IMG/VR virus record: IMGVR_UViG_3300037258_000352
Span: 40,287-104,286 of that record
DNA length: 64,000 nt
DNA from: a virus
Strand: one strand, 5' to 3'
Numbering within the stretch: the stretch's first letter is position 1; each line of letters begins with the position of its first letter. The notes beneath the pieces are model-generated. The model searched no databases. It was not told the DNA's origin and saw only the letters and a list, made by a program, of their open reading frames with translations. This document shows, piece after piece, positions 30,063-39,490 of the stretch. A program made the translations under genes and the position numbers.

Positions 30063-31100
30063 TCACGCATGGTCATCGGTGCCCGTCCCCGTCATCTCCT
30101 GCAGCATTGTGGAGCTCTTCGCGAGCTTCCGGGCGTTGTCCTCGGCGGTCCGGCACATCTCGGCGGTGATCCGCGGCTTGCCGTCTCTGTAGGTGTTCGC
30201 GATCCGGTACAGAGCAGCGGATGCGTAGTCGAGAATGGGGAACAGGTCCCGGTACACCGCGCGGTCGGCGTCGTTTCCACCAGCGACCGAGAGGGCGATG
30301 TCGCTACCGGGGTACCAGTACCGATCCCGCGTCCGGTCGCGGTGCCACGTCGACGGGTCATCCCCGGTCACGTCGTGAACGTCGCGGTCGCAATACCAGT
30401 CGTACTGGTCGTGTTTCGTTCCACACTTCGGCGGGTCGGCGAGCTCGGTGTCGTCCTCGCACGGGGGCAGCGTGTGATACCGGCCTCGCTGGTCATCGGT
30501 GCGCTGAGCCAGCGGTGAGTCACCGTCTGTCCAGCGAATCCTGTAGGTAGAAGATGCGTGTTGCAGTGTGTGACGTTCCCCGCTCAACGGATGATGCAGC
30601 GTGTCGCAGTACACGTCCCATTCTGGGTGCCTCGCTCGGCACCACGACGATGGACGTGATTCCGGCCCGTTCCATTCGTGGCCGCAATGCGCGCAGCGCA
30701 GCCACCCACCGATCAAGCGATCGTGGTATCGGCCGTCTTGGCGGCTCCACCGACACTCGGGACACGGCACTTCCTGTGGTTCCGCTGATGCCTGTGGTTG
30801 ACCGAGATGGATGGGTCCGAGGGCGTCGTGGACGGTATGGGTGGCGTCGTCGCTGACCCACCATTCGAGCCCGAGCCCTGAGTTGCGGTGGTAGAGGTGA
30901 CCGGTGCCGTGGGGGAGTTGGGTGCACCGGACGGTGTCCCGGTCGGGGTGTGGTTCTCCGCATTGCAGCGCCTCTACCGCTTGGCGCGCTAAGACCTGTC
31001 GCGTCTCCTCACTCAGAAGGACACCTGCGTAGTTGGCTTCGTCTGTGCTGTCATCCCACGCGTTTAGCACGCGTTGCACCTGATCGTCGGTGCTATCCAT
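30063..31100 (-). CDS. Protein with repeated C-x3-H...C...H...H putative Zn-binding modules
   Basis: CGEPH..C..H..H, CRARH..C..H..H, CGTKH..C..H..H plus a CxxC pair. Confidence 0.7.
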   Translation of the reverse strand: MDSTDDQVQRVLNAWDDSTDEANYAGVLLSEETRQVLARQAVEALQCGEPHPDRDTVRCTQLPHGTGHLYHRNSGLGLEWWVSDDATHTVHDALGPIHLGQPQASAEPQEVPCPECRWSRQDGRYHDRLIGGWLRCAHCGHEWNGPESRPSSWCRARHPEWDVYCDTLHHPLSGERHTLQHASSTYRIRWTDGDSPLAQRTDDQRGRYHTLPPCEDDTELADPPKCGTKHDQYDWYCDRDVHDVTGDDPSTWHRDRTRDRYWYPGSDIALSVAGGNDADRAVYRDLFPILDYASAALYRIANTYRDGKPRITAEMCRTAEDNARKLAKSSTMLQEMTGTGTDDHA

Positions 31101-31106
31101 CACTTG

Positions 31107-31170
31107 CCTCCGTGTCGTTTGGGTCCCGCAACCCACCCATAAACCTACACCTACAGGTACTAGTGGGCAA
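31107..31170 (-). promoter_or_regulatory. Housekeeping promoter + hairpin + extended SD cassette
   Basis: TTGCCC-N17-TAGGTT; TGGGT-TGCGGG-ACCCA; GACACGGAGG. Confidence 0.75.
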
Positions 31171-31173
31171 CCG

Positions 31174-31440
31174 TCACCGGTGTCGCCACCGGATGATGTT
31201 CCGCATCCACTGCCGAAACCGGCGACGCCTACCCCGACCACCCGACCGGATCGCAGCCAGCGCCGTGTTGACGTCAACGAACTCCAGTATCGGTTCACGG
31301 TCCGCTGCTTCACGCCACCGCGCGAGGACCTCCACGACCTCCTCCGTGCCGGGATGACCACCCCGCGCGATCTCGTCGAGGAGCCGGTCGTCGGCGTGAA
31401 CCGCAGTGAGGTCCACCGGTGGCTCGTGCTCGTCATCCAT
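31174..31440 (-). CDS. Stand-alone anti-sigma-D (RsdA) sigma-binding-domain-like protein
   Basis: PVDLTAVHADDRLLD...LARWR...D.EPI.E.VD..TA.A.I resembles the RsdA N-terminus; no TM helix. Confidence 0.75.
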   Translation of the reverse strand: MDDEHEPPVDLTAVHADDRLLDEIARGGHPGTEEVVEVLARWREAADREPILEFVDVNTALAAIRSGGRGRRRRFRQWMRNIIRWRHR

Positions 31441-31651
31441 CGCTGCCCCGCTTGGACTGGACCACCGTGAGCTGAAACTCCGCGCCGTCGTCGCAGCGGA
31501 TCACCAGGCCCGTGTTCGTCGTCATCATCAACTCGTGCTCGAAGGTGTTGACCTCTTTCAACTGGTCCAGGAACTCCTCATCGTCGTCGGTGACCCCGGT
31601 CCCGTTGGTGAGGAGCCCGATTAGGGTCCGCACCACCCCTTGCTCATTCAT
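31433..31651 (-). CDS. Phage hypothetical protein
   Basis: V.TFE...MTTN.GLVIR..DG.EFQLTVVQS. Confidence 0.8.
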   Translation of the reverse strand: MNEQGVVRTLIGLLTNGTGVTDDDEEFLDQLKEVNTFEHELMMTTNTGLVIRCDDGAEFQLTVVQSKRGSDG

Positions 31652-31656
31652 GTCGT

Positions 31657-31727
31657 CCTCCGTGTCGTCGAGGGCCCACCGCTGGGGCCGTACACCCATG
31701 TATCGAGATCCTGGTCCTGAGCGTTAC
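31657..31727 (-). promoter_or_regulatory. ECF promoter + hairpin + extended SD cassette, heads the operon with the RsdA-like gene
   Basis: GTAAC(31727-31723)-N17-CGAT(31705-31702); GGCCC-CAGCGGT-GGGCC; GACACGGAGG. Confidence 0.8.
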
Positions 31728-31966
31728 CCGGCTCCGGTGACGGGCACGTCGACGCACACCCGCCCGTCAGGTTTCGGTGGGGGCCAGGACCCGGAGCCAT
31801 TCGCTGACGCCTACGGTTTCCTGGCATCCACCGGACACCCGGACCACCGACGCGGCGATCTGCGCGAGCTGTGCGTGAACCGCAGCCAACGGTACATAAT
31901 GTTGAGTATCTGTTCTCACTGATAGGTCTAGGAGACGTTCCGCCTCGAGGAAATGTTCAGGTCCGT

Positions 31967-32761
31967 TCATTTCGTGGCCTCCACGATCAGGGTGTGGATA
32001 TCGGTCCCGACCGATCGAAACGCCCCGACCGGTGCTTGCCGGAACGTGCCCCCGACCTCCTCGATCAGCGCCCGGGTCGCGGCGATGGGGCGTTGCCGCC
32101 CGTACCCCAGTGAGGGCGGCACGATCGCCCGTAGCTGCCCACCGGGGAGGAGCCGGTCCCACGCGAGGGCCAGGTGCTGCGCCCACGCGTACCGCTGCCC
32201 CGGCAGGGTAAACGGGGGGTTCATGACGACCGCGTCGAACCGGATCCCCGCCGGGCCCGCGAACTCCGCGTAGTCCTCCAGGGTGCCGTCCCACACGTGC
32301 ATCCCCACCGGCCCGTTACGCCGTAGATAGGTCCTACGGACGGGGTCCGGTTCCACCGCAGTGATGTGGACCGCGAGGTACCGGTCCCGGATGGCGCGGA
32401 CCAAGGCCCCGTCACCAGCTGACGGTTCCAGCACCCGCGCCCCGGCGGGCAGGTCCAACCCGTCGACGAGCTCCGTAGCTAGTTCGGGTGGGGTCGGCCA
32501 GTAGGACATTTCCTTATCCCGGTACGCCGACGGGGGTGGTAGGACCGTGACCCCCGTCAGCGTCTGCAGGTCCGGGCGAGGGTCCCGCTGGTACACGAAC
32601 GCTCGCTCCCGGGTGTCCCAGTGACCACCGCCGGCGAGCCGGGGCAGGACCTGGTGGACCTCGATGTAGGTGGTGCGGTCGGTGATGATGGGGGTGCGGA
32701 TCGTGTTGTGGTCCGCGACCGCGCCGCACAGGACATCGTGCGCGGCCTGTGACAAAGTCAT
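31967..32761 (-). CDS. N6-adenine DNA methyltransferase (gamma-type motif order)
   Basis: YWPTP, VLEPSAGDG, VMNPPF. Confidence 0.85.
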   Translation of the reverse strand: MTLSQAAHDVLCGAVADHNTIRTPIITDRTTYIEVHQVLPRLAGGGHWDTRERAFVYQRDPRPDLQTLTGVTVLPPPSAYRDKEMSYWPTPPELATELVDGLDLPAGARVLEPSAGDGALVRAIRDRYLAVHITAVEPDPVRRTYLRRNGPVGMHVWDGTLEDYAEFAGPAGIRFDAVVMNPPFTLPGQRYAWAQHLALAWDRLLPGGQLRAIVPPSLGYGRQRPIAATRALIEEVGGTFRQAPVGAFRSVGTDIHTLIVEATK

Positions 32762-33795
32762 CACGGAGTCACCTCCTGCGGGGTGTCGGTGAGCTCGTCG
32801 AGGTCGAGGGTGTCTTCGGGTGGTGTCGCCGGCTCGTGAGCGGTGATCTTGTCGACGGGGACCTTGTCGTTCCACGAGTAGTCCGTTTTGACGCTCACAG
32901 TCACTTTGTTGACCTTGACGACCTCACGCCATCCACCCCAGTACTTGATCAGGTCACCGGGTTTGATCACCGACAGGTCCACCGGGTTGAAACGCCCCGC
33001 CGCGATCTCACCGGCGAGGAACTCCTGCCAGTACCGGATCTGCTCATCCAAATACGCGACCCGGATCAGGACCTGCTCCCGGTGCGTTCCCGTCGCTGGG
33101 CCGTGCTCGAACACGTACACCGGCTGGCGCTTACCGTCCAGTGAGCGGTTGGTGTACCCGTCGAGGGTCCGTTGGTCCCGCCGCCGGTCCGCTTCCAACG
33201 TCTTGAGCCGGCGCATCACGGTCCCGTGGTTCTCCCGGTGCCGCATGTGGTTCGCTGCGGACTCCGCACCCTGCGCGGCGCGCGCTGCTTCCTCCCCGGC
33301 CTCGATCGACTTCCGTTGGTGACCGTCCATGCGCTTGAGGTCCCGGCGGTGACCCCGCTCGGAGTGGTGGCCCCGCAGGATCGGTTGACCCATGGGGATC
33401 CCGTCCGCGATTTCCTGCGCCGCAGCCCACCGCGAGTCGGCCTCACTCTGCTTCCGGGCGGCTTTCGCGGCGAGCGCGTCGGCCCGGTCATCCATGTGTT
33501 CGGCGCGGTCGGCTTCGGATTCCTCCATTGAACGGGGTGGGGCCTCGACCTCGATTTCCACCTCGAACCCAGCTTCGCGGAGCACGTCGGCGGTGGCCTC
33601 GAATAAACCAAGGTTCGGGGCCCGGTCGCGGGAGTGTGAGACGCCGATCATGCGGATCGACGGCATGTACCTCCATCCCCGGATCCGGAACGTGGCCTGA
33701 GCTGCTTTGATCGCTTCCCACGCCCCGTCGCCCTTACAGGTCCCGTCTAGCAGGGTGCCGTCGGCGGCGGTGTGCACGATCCGTAGCGCGCTCAC
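32761..33795 (-). CDS. DUF3560-domain protein
   Basis: IADGIPMGQPILRGHHSERGHRRD. Confidence 0.85.
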   Translation of the reverse strand: MSALRIVHTAADGTLLDGTCKGDGAWEAIKAAQATFRIRGWRYMPSIRMIGVSHSRDRAPNLGLFEATADVLREAGFEVEIEVEAPPRSMEESEADRAEHMDDRADALAAKAARKQSEADSRWAAAQEIADGIPMGQPILRGHHSERGHRRDLKRMDGHQRKSIEAGEEAARAAQGAESAANHMRHRENHGTVMRRLKTLEADRRRDQRTLDGYTNRSLDGKRQPVYVFEHGPATGTHREQVLIRVAYLDEQIRYWQEFLAGEIAAGRFNPVDLSVIKPGDLIKYWGGWREVVKVNKVTVSVKTDYSWNDKVPVDKITAHEPATPPEDTLDLDELTDTPQEVTP

Positions 33796-34115
33796 AGTAG
33801 GACTGCCACATCGAACCGTGCGTCCACGACGAGTTCCTTCGCGATGACGTTGACCGCGCAACCGGGGCACAGCAGCTCATAACCGGGGATCGACACGGTT
33901 CCGAGCCCGTGGGCGGTGTCGTCGGAGCACCGGACGTATGTCCGGACCTGGGTGCCGTTGGGGGCGGTGAGGGCCTCCGCGTTGACGACCCAGTCCAACC
34001 CGGACAGGGCGTTGAGGCTGTCGATGGTGTTCTGCTGGTCGTTTCCTGCGCGGGTGGCCATCCCGATCGCTGACTCGACTATGGGGTCGAGGCCGGTTGT
34101 GAATCCCGTGTCCAT
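33792..34115 (-). CDS. Hypothetical protein
   Basis: Follows cassette 34126-34193. Confidence 0.65.
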   Translation of the reverse strand: MDTGFTTGLDPIVESAIGMATRAGNDQQNTIDSLNALSGLDWVVNAEALTAPNGTQVRTYVRCSDDTAHGLGTVSIPGYELLCPGCAVNVIAKELVVDARFDVAVLL

Positions 34116-34125
34116 TGCTAGTGTC

Positions 34126-34193
34126 CCTCCGTGTCGTCCGGGTCCGTCACCCGGTGTCTACCTGTGTATCGCTGACCACCGACGGGGTGTTAC
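34126..34193 (-). promoter_or_regulatory. ECF promoter + hairpin + extended SD cassette
   Basis: GTAAC(34193-34189)-N17-CGAT; CCGGGT-GACGG-ACCCGG; GACACGGAGG. Confidence 0.8.
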
Positions 34194-34195
34194 AC

Positions 34196-34606
34196 CTAGC
34201 TTCGACGGTCCCGTAGGGCGAGGAGTTGCCCGATCTTTCGGCGCGCAGCGGGACCGGGGTTGTGGATGTCTCGTCTCCCGTGCTCCGCTGCGGCCGCGCC
34301 GCTGCCGAACAGTGCCACCGGGGACACGTAGTCCAGGACCGCGTCGAGGTCGATGGGGTCGGGGTGGACCCGGATCGCGAGGTTCTCCCGCATGTCGTGG
34401 CAGCCGACCCACCCGGCGCACAGGTGCCCGTCCTGTTGGTGGCAGAAGAACGCACCGGTCGCGCCGTCGATGGCCTGCTCCGCGATCGAGCCGTCGAAGC
34501 GGGGCAGCTTGTCGTACTCCTCCGCAGTCCACAGGCCGGAGGGGACGTCCCGCCGGTAGGGGCACGACGCGCACGGCCGTTGCCTGGGTGTGACCTGGTC
34601 AGCCAC
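34196..34606 (-). CDS. DUF6283-like protein
   Basis: PCASCPYRRDVPSG.W...FFCH...CAGW. Confidence 0.8.
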   Translation of the reverse strand: MADQVTPRQRPCASCPYRRDVPSGLWTAEEYDKLPRFDGSIAEQAIDGATGAFFCHQQDGHLCAGWVGCHDMRENLAIRVHPDPIDLDAVLDYVSPVALFGSGAAAAEHGRRDIHNPGPAARRKIGQLLALRDRRS

Positions 34607-35190
34607 CGTCGGTCACCCGCGTCGCGGTCCCTCCGGACAAGCCGGTCCCGGGCCCACCGACCGAGTAGGTGGAGCCCACGGGGTGGGCGTCGTAGTCGGG
34701 TTTGGGGACGCAGGTCCGCATGAACGCCCCACCATCCATCCCCGCCGCCGGCGGCAGCGTCATCCCCAGGGACCAGCAGTCCCCGTCGGGGTGATAGGCG
34801 CCGTGGTCGGTGACGGTCCACATCATCACCGGGGGTGCGGGGATGTCGCAGGGGTGGGACTGGCCGTCCGCGGGGACGTGGAAGCAGTCCGGGGCCGCGG
34901 TGTCCTGCGCTGGTGGGGTCGCGGGCGCGGCCGGTGTGGCGGGCGGCTGGTTGTAGGTCGCGGCCCAGAACAGGGCCGCGGCGATGATCAGGGCCTTAAC
35001 CCACCAGGGGATTCGCTTGAGCATGTGGATCACGTCCCGAGGATCTGTTGGGCGGTGACCGCTGCTGCGTCGCTTCCTTCGTTGTCGAGCTGGTCAAACA
35101 ACCTAGTGGCGATTTCGGGCCGGCCAGTCGCTTGGGCGTGTTCGTAAGCGATTTGGATCGTGTCTAGCTTGCTGTCGCCCCACATAGCTA

Positions 35191-35253
35191 CCTCCGTGTC
35201 TGCGGGTTCCGCAACCCGCCCTTGACGTTACACGTGGGAGGGGCCCGCGACAA
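35191..35253 (-). promoter_or_regulatory. Housekeeping promoter + hairpin + extended SD cassette
   Basis: TTGTCG-N17-TAACGT; GCGGGTT-GCGG-AACCCGC; GACACGGAGG. Confidence 0.75.
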
Positions 35254-35283
35254 CCTTCCGGCTGCGGCGGGCCCCCCGGGTGT

Positions 35284-35311
35284 TACTTGAGTAGCGGTAC
35301 TTGAGTAGCGG
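35284..35311. repeat. Perfect 14-bp tandem duplication TACTTGAGTAGCGG x2
   Basis: Read directly; abuts the stop codon of 35312..35932. Confidence 0.9.
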
Positions 35312-35932
35312 TCAGCCGACCTTCGTCCACGGAGCGCAACCCGAAGTGGTGAATCCAGCATCGCCGGCCGCGATAGTGACCGTCGCCTGACCCTTCGTCA
35401 GATCACTCGCCTTAATAGCCGACAGATCACCTGACAGATTCGACAGTCGGGCGTGGTAGCACATTGGGATCGCAGCCTCAGCCGGTCCCGCGGACTGCCA
35501 CGTCCCCGGGGTCATCTGGGCGGGCACGGTGTACGTGCCGTCCCCACCGATCGGGGAGCTCGGGTCGGTGCGGTCCGCGACCGGCGCGGACACACTCGGC
35601 AGAGCGGACATGCTCGGCAGGTCACCGTTGTGGATCGCGGTCGCGGTGTGCCCGGCGACGGCGATTGTCGCGGCGGTGACGACGATCCCGACCAGCGCGG
35701 CGATCGCACCGAGGACGATCCCGGCGATGCTGTGGCCCTTGTTCGTGGCCTGGCCGGCTTCGGCGCGGCGCATACCGAGCCACCCGAACACCAACGCGAG
35801 ACCAGCCAGGATGATCCCGAACACGGGGACCCAGCAGAACACGAGACCCACGATCCCCAGGACCAGGGCAGCGGTGCCGTACCCGTTACGTGGTGCTGTT
35901 GCGGGTGCGGGTGAAGCAGTTACAGTTTCCAT
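35312..35932 (-). CDS. DUF4190-like membrane protein with extracytoplasmic domain
   Basis: NGYGTAALVLGI...G.SIAGIVLG; GDGTY.V...PGTW..C...GC. Confidence 0.8.
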   Translation of the reverse strand: METVTASPAPATAPRNGYGTAALVLGIVGLVFCWVPVFGIILAGLALVFGWLGMRRAEAGQATNKGHSIAGIVLGAIAALVGIVVTAATIAVAGHTATAIHNGDLPSMSALPSVSAPVADRTDPSSPIGGDGTYTVPAQMTPGTWQSAGPAEAAIPMCYHARLSNLSGDLSAIKASDLTKGQATVTIAAGDAGFTTSGCAPWTKVG

Positions 35933-35938
35933 TGCAGT

Positions 35939-36039
35939 TCCTCCTTGGTGTGACGGGCCAGCCGGTCCGTTCTAGTGGGTTCCGGCTGGTCACCGTCCGT
36001 TGACATCCCCTGTATCGGCGCTCACTCTCTGGGCGTTAC
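35939..36039 (-). promoter_or_regulatory. ECF promoter + long hairpin + SD
   Basis: GTAAC(36039-36035)-N17-CGAT; CCAGCCGG...CCGGCTGG; AAGGAGG. Confidence 0.75.
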
Positions 36040-36836
36040 ACCGGGAGCTGGGGAGCGTCTTCTTTCTTCTTCACTGGCAGCGCGGGCTCGAACACCCGGA
36101 CCTGGGTGCCATGGTGCTGACCGTTGTCCTCGTCGAGCTTCGCCGCGCCGAACGCCGCGTGCCACATTGACCCGACCTCCACGACCACCGGTCGCCGTTG
36201 GTGGTTCTGGTACAGCGCGGGGGTCATCTTCCGGCGGTTCGCGACCTTCGCGATGATCTCCAGTGACCCCGCGTCGAGCCCATACCCAGCACTGGCCGGG
36301 ATCGGGTTCCGATGGTCGTCCTGGGGGACGATCGACGGGTCCGGCTCCAGCATCCGCGTAATACCGGTGGGGTAGTCGTCGAGGTCCTGCAGCGGGACGA
36401 CCATCGAAATCCCCCGAGCTCGGGTGGTGCGGTCCTCGGACACCGTCAACGTGTCCCCGGTGATCTCGATCCGGGTTTGGTGGGGAACACCCTTCGGGGC
36501 GGTTTTCCCTTTCGCGGTGAACGTTTTGATCAGAGACTGCGCGTCCTGCACCGTGACCAAAACCGGTTTGTGGAGCCGACCATCGCAGGGGCAGTGCCCT
36601 TGGGAGGCTACGGTGAATCCGTTGGTGCTCGTGGCGATCAACACATCCGACGGGACCGTGTCGATCAGGGTCGCCCCGTCGTCCTCATCTTCGGACGTGA
36701 ACACGACGTCGGTGTAATCAGTGCTCAGCAACACCGTCGCCAGGGTCGGGAACTCATCCGGTGTGTCACACGCGGTCAACACCGCGTCCGTGAGTAGACC
36801 CGTGAACTCCCGAGTCGATAACGATAAACCACTCAT
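36036..36836 (-). CDS. Divergent beta-clamp-like protein
   Basis: P.L..V.L...LIATSTNGF, DDYP motif; weak similarity only. Confidence 0.5.
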   Translation of the reverse strand: MSGLSLSTREFTGLLTDAVLTACDTPDEFPTLATVLLSTDYTDVVFTSEDEDDGATLIDTVPSDVLIATSTNGFTVASQGHCPCDGRLHKPVLVTVQDAQSLIKTFTAKGKTAPKGVPHQTRIEITGDTLTVSEDRTTRARGISMVVPLQDLDDYPTGITRMLEPDPSIVPQDDHRNPIPASAGYGLDAGSLEIIAKVANRRKMTPALYQNHQRRPVVVEVGSMWHAAFGAAKLDEDNGQHHGTQVRVFEPALPVKKKEDAPQLPV

Positions 36837-37327
36837 AACATGCTCCTATCTGGGTTGCCATCCGCGAATATTCGGCAGTGTCGCCCGACGACGATCCCGT
36901 CGGCGAGCCATTCCGCGTGGCCCTCATCAGCGAGCCACCGAACCTGGTCGGGGTCAAGCCACCCCGGGTCAACCAGCAGAAGATGATCGGTTTTCTGCTG
37001 GTGATGCACCCGACAGAACGGGGTCCCGTTCTCCACGATCGACGGGCCACCCTGTCCCCGGGCGATCAGGTGGTCCATCTGCACCGGCATCGGGTGGGGG
37101 CAGTCGGGTACTCGGCACCACTCACCACGGAGCTCCACACAGTCCGCGCGCCACTGTGAGTCGTTGCGCCGCGGCGACCGGCGGGTGGGTCGCGGTTTGG
37201 GTTCCCGGGGTGTCGGCACCGTCCGGCGGGTGAACGCGGCCAGCCGGGACCGGTCCTGCCACGCCCGGTGGGTTTCCATGTTCGCGGTGAGCCCCGTCAA
37301 CCGGGTCAGCGGGCCGGAGCGTTTCAC
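36833..37327 (-). CDS. HNH endonuclease
   Basis: MKRSGPL.R; C..C...DHLIARGQGG...N...C..HH. Confidence 0.8.
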   Translation of the reverse strand: MKRSGPLTRLTGLTANMETHRAWQDRSRLAAFTRRTVPTPREPKPRPTRRSPRRNDSQWRADCVELRGEWCRVPDCPHPMPVQMDHLIARGQGGPSIVENGTPFCRVHHQQKTDHLLLVDPGWLDPDQVRWLADEGHAEWLADGIVVGRHCRIFADGNPDRSML

Positions 37328-38358
37328 GCTGCACCGACCAGCAGCAGGAACCCGCACCCCACGATGACCCACAGGGCAACGGTCGGGGTGAACCACTCCG
37401 GGAGCTTCGCCGTCAGCCACGCATCGAACCGGCCGGTCATTCCGGAGTCACCACCCCGAATGGTGACCCCTCAGCGTGTGGTTCCAACGCCAACAGCGCC
37501 CGCCCAAGCTCGTGGGCCTCTGTGAGGGTCATCGACACCGCCGCCGCGCACCGCGGGGCCACGATCCCCACCCCCACGGTCCCGTCGCCGCGCATCACGA
37601 TCCCCAACGACCGCTGATCCGAGGTGACGCAATCCTCGGTGAGGGACGCCATCGACCACCGGTAGTGCCGGCCGTCGAGGAGCCAGTACGCGTCCGCGAT
37701 CCGGATCCCGGTGGGCTCGGTCATGACGAACCACCGGTGACCGGGTCCACCGTGACGGGTCTGGTCGTGAGCGTCACCGACCGGATCCGCCGGGACGGAA
37801 CGAGGACCTCCACGGAGTCCCCGGTCCGGATCGACACCACCCCGTCCGGGTCCCCGACACCGGTGAGGAGGTCCCCCCGCAGACCTTCGTACGCCGACGC
37901 GGTGTACGCATCCCACGGTGAGGTCAGGGCCCGGTCTCCCCACGTCCGTTCGATGACGATCTGGACTTCAACTGGTGGCAGCATCGGTCGCGGGGTCGTC
38001 ATCCCCGCGAACATTCTTGTGGTCATCAGTACTCCCTTCGTAGTGACGTGTTGCGGGTGTCGGCTTGATTCGCCGCGCGTGCTTGGAGATCCAGCAACAC
38101 CGGCGGGACCATTAGTGGAGCAACGAGCCCCGGTGCTGGCCCGTGGTGGCACCGGAACGGGGCGTGTTCTACTCTGATCACTGAGCGGGTCGGGTGTCCG
38201 CTCACGTGGCCCCACCGGGCCTGCCGCCTCCGCAGCGGATAGTGAACCGACACCCCCTGCTCAGGGCCTCCGGGTCGGTTTGGTGTTGGAAGATTGAGCA
38301 GCCCCCGAGGCGGCTCCTCCTCCGTGTCGCACCAAACCACCGGAGGCCCATCCCCGTT

Positions 38359-39489
38359 TCAGTCCCCCGCGGCGTCCTCCGGTGCCGAGGGTGGTTCCTG
38401 CGCCAGTTCCTCGAGCGTGACCATCAGATCACCAACCAAGCGGTGCTGACGCATCAACGACACCATGTATCCGACCTGGTCGGAGGTCAGGTCCGTGACC
38501 GCCTTGAGTGGTTCAGGTAAGTCCAGGGCCCGGGTGAGGATCCGGAGCCGCTTCTCCCGCTGCTTACCCTCGGTCCCGATCCCCGCAGCGAGGAACAGGT
38601 CGTACATCATCTGGACCCGCTCCGTAGCGTCGTCCGGGATCGGCGCCAGATCCGCCGAGTCCACCACCTCGTTCTCCCCGGCCGGCGGCTCCACCGACGA
38701 GATCTGCACCGGGCCCACTGCCGCGACGGTGGCGGGGAACTCCTCGTCGATGGTGGACGCCCCGTCCCGGATCTGGGAGTAGGCCTCCAACAGTTCCGCG
38801 AGGTCCAACGCGTCCCATTCGTTGGTGGGTCGGCCACCGAGCCGCGCGACGAGCCGTTCCTTCCGGACCCCGAGCTCCTCCCACTTCCCGACCGCGTTAC
38901 GGATCTTCTGGGGCATCGGGACGGTGCCACCACCAGTCAACGTCTGGTGACACAACTCGACGGCGCGGTCCACGAACCACAGGGGCAGGATCGTCGCGAT
39001 CGTTTCCCGCAGGTGCCGCGACGCGATACTCGTGTTGTTCGTCATGATCGACCCCATGTCGGTGAGGTCCTCCGGACCGGTATCAGACTTGTCCCGTTTG
39101 TGTTCCACGACCACGATCCGCGACGACCGGGAGTTTTTCTGCGCGTCCCACGCGTAAGCCAGCAACTCCGACTTACCTGGGGTGCGGGACAGCTCAGCCA
39201 TGCCCCATTGCGTGTTACCCCAAATCCGGGCCAACTCTTTCATGAGGTGGATCGTGGGACCGGTGATCTGCTTCCCACCCTTAGGGACTTTGTAGATCGC
39301 TTTCCGGGCCATCGCCGGCAGGCGGCACAGTTGCTCCATCTCCTCCTGCACCGCCACCAAATCCCGGGGGACTTGCTGCGCGACGAGGATCGCGGCGTAC
39401 ACCTCCGCGGCGACCCGGTTCCCCTCGATCATCGTGCTCTGGCTCGCTGCCCCGTGCGCACCGTGGGGAAGAGCAACGCTCGTTGTCAT
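38359..39489 (-). CDS. Putative single-strand annealing / recombination partner protein
   Basis: A.Q.PRD...Y..P.GG..ITGP.I...ELAR.WGN; adjacent to RecE-like gene. Confidence 0.6.
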   Translation of the reverse strand: MTTSVALPHGAHGAASQSTMIEGNRVAAEVYAAILVAQQVPRDLVAVQEEMEQLCRLPAMARKAIYKVPKGGKQITGPTIHLMKELARIWGNTQWGMAELSRTPGKSELLAYAWDAQKNSRSSRIVVVEHKRDKSDTGPEDLTDMGSIMTNNTSIASRHLRETIATILPLWFVDRAVELCHQTLTGGGTVPMPQKIRNAVGKWEELGVRKERLVARLGGRPTNEWDALDLAELLEAYSQIRDGASTIDEEFPATVAAVGPVQISSVEPPAGENEVVDSADLAPIPDDATERVQMMYDLFLAAGIGTEGKQREKRLRILTRALDLPEPLKAVTDLTSDQVGYMVSLMRQHRLVGDLMVTLEELAQEPPSAPEDAAGD

Positions 39490-39490
39490 G

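Noticed and set aside
38319-38328. GACACGGAGG copy as a ribosome-binding site
   Set aside because: No start codon at a suitable distance. Counted as a motif copy only.
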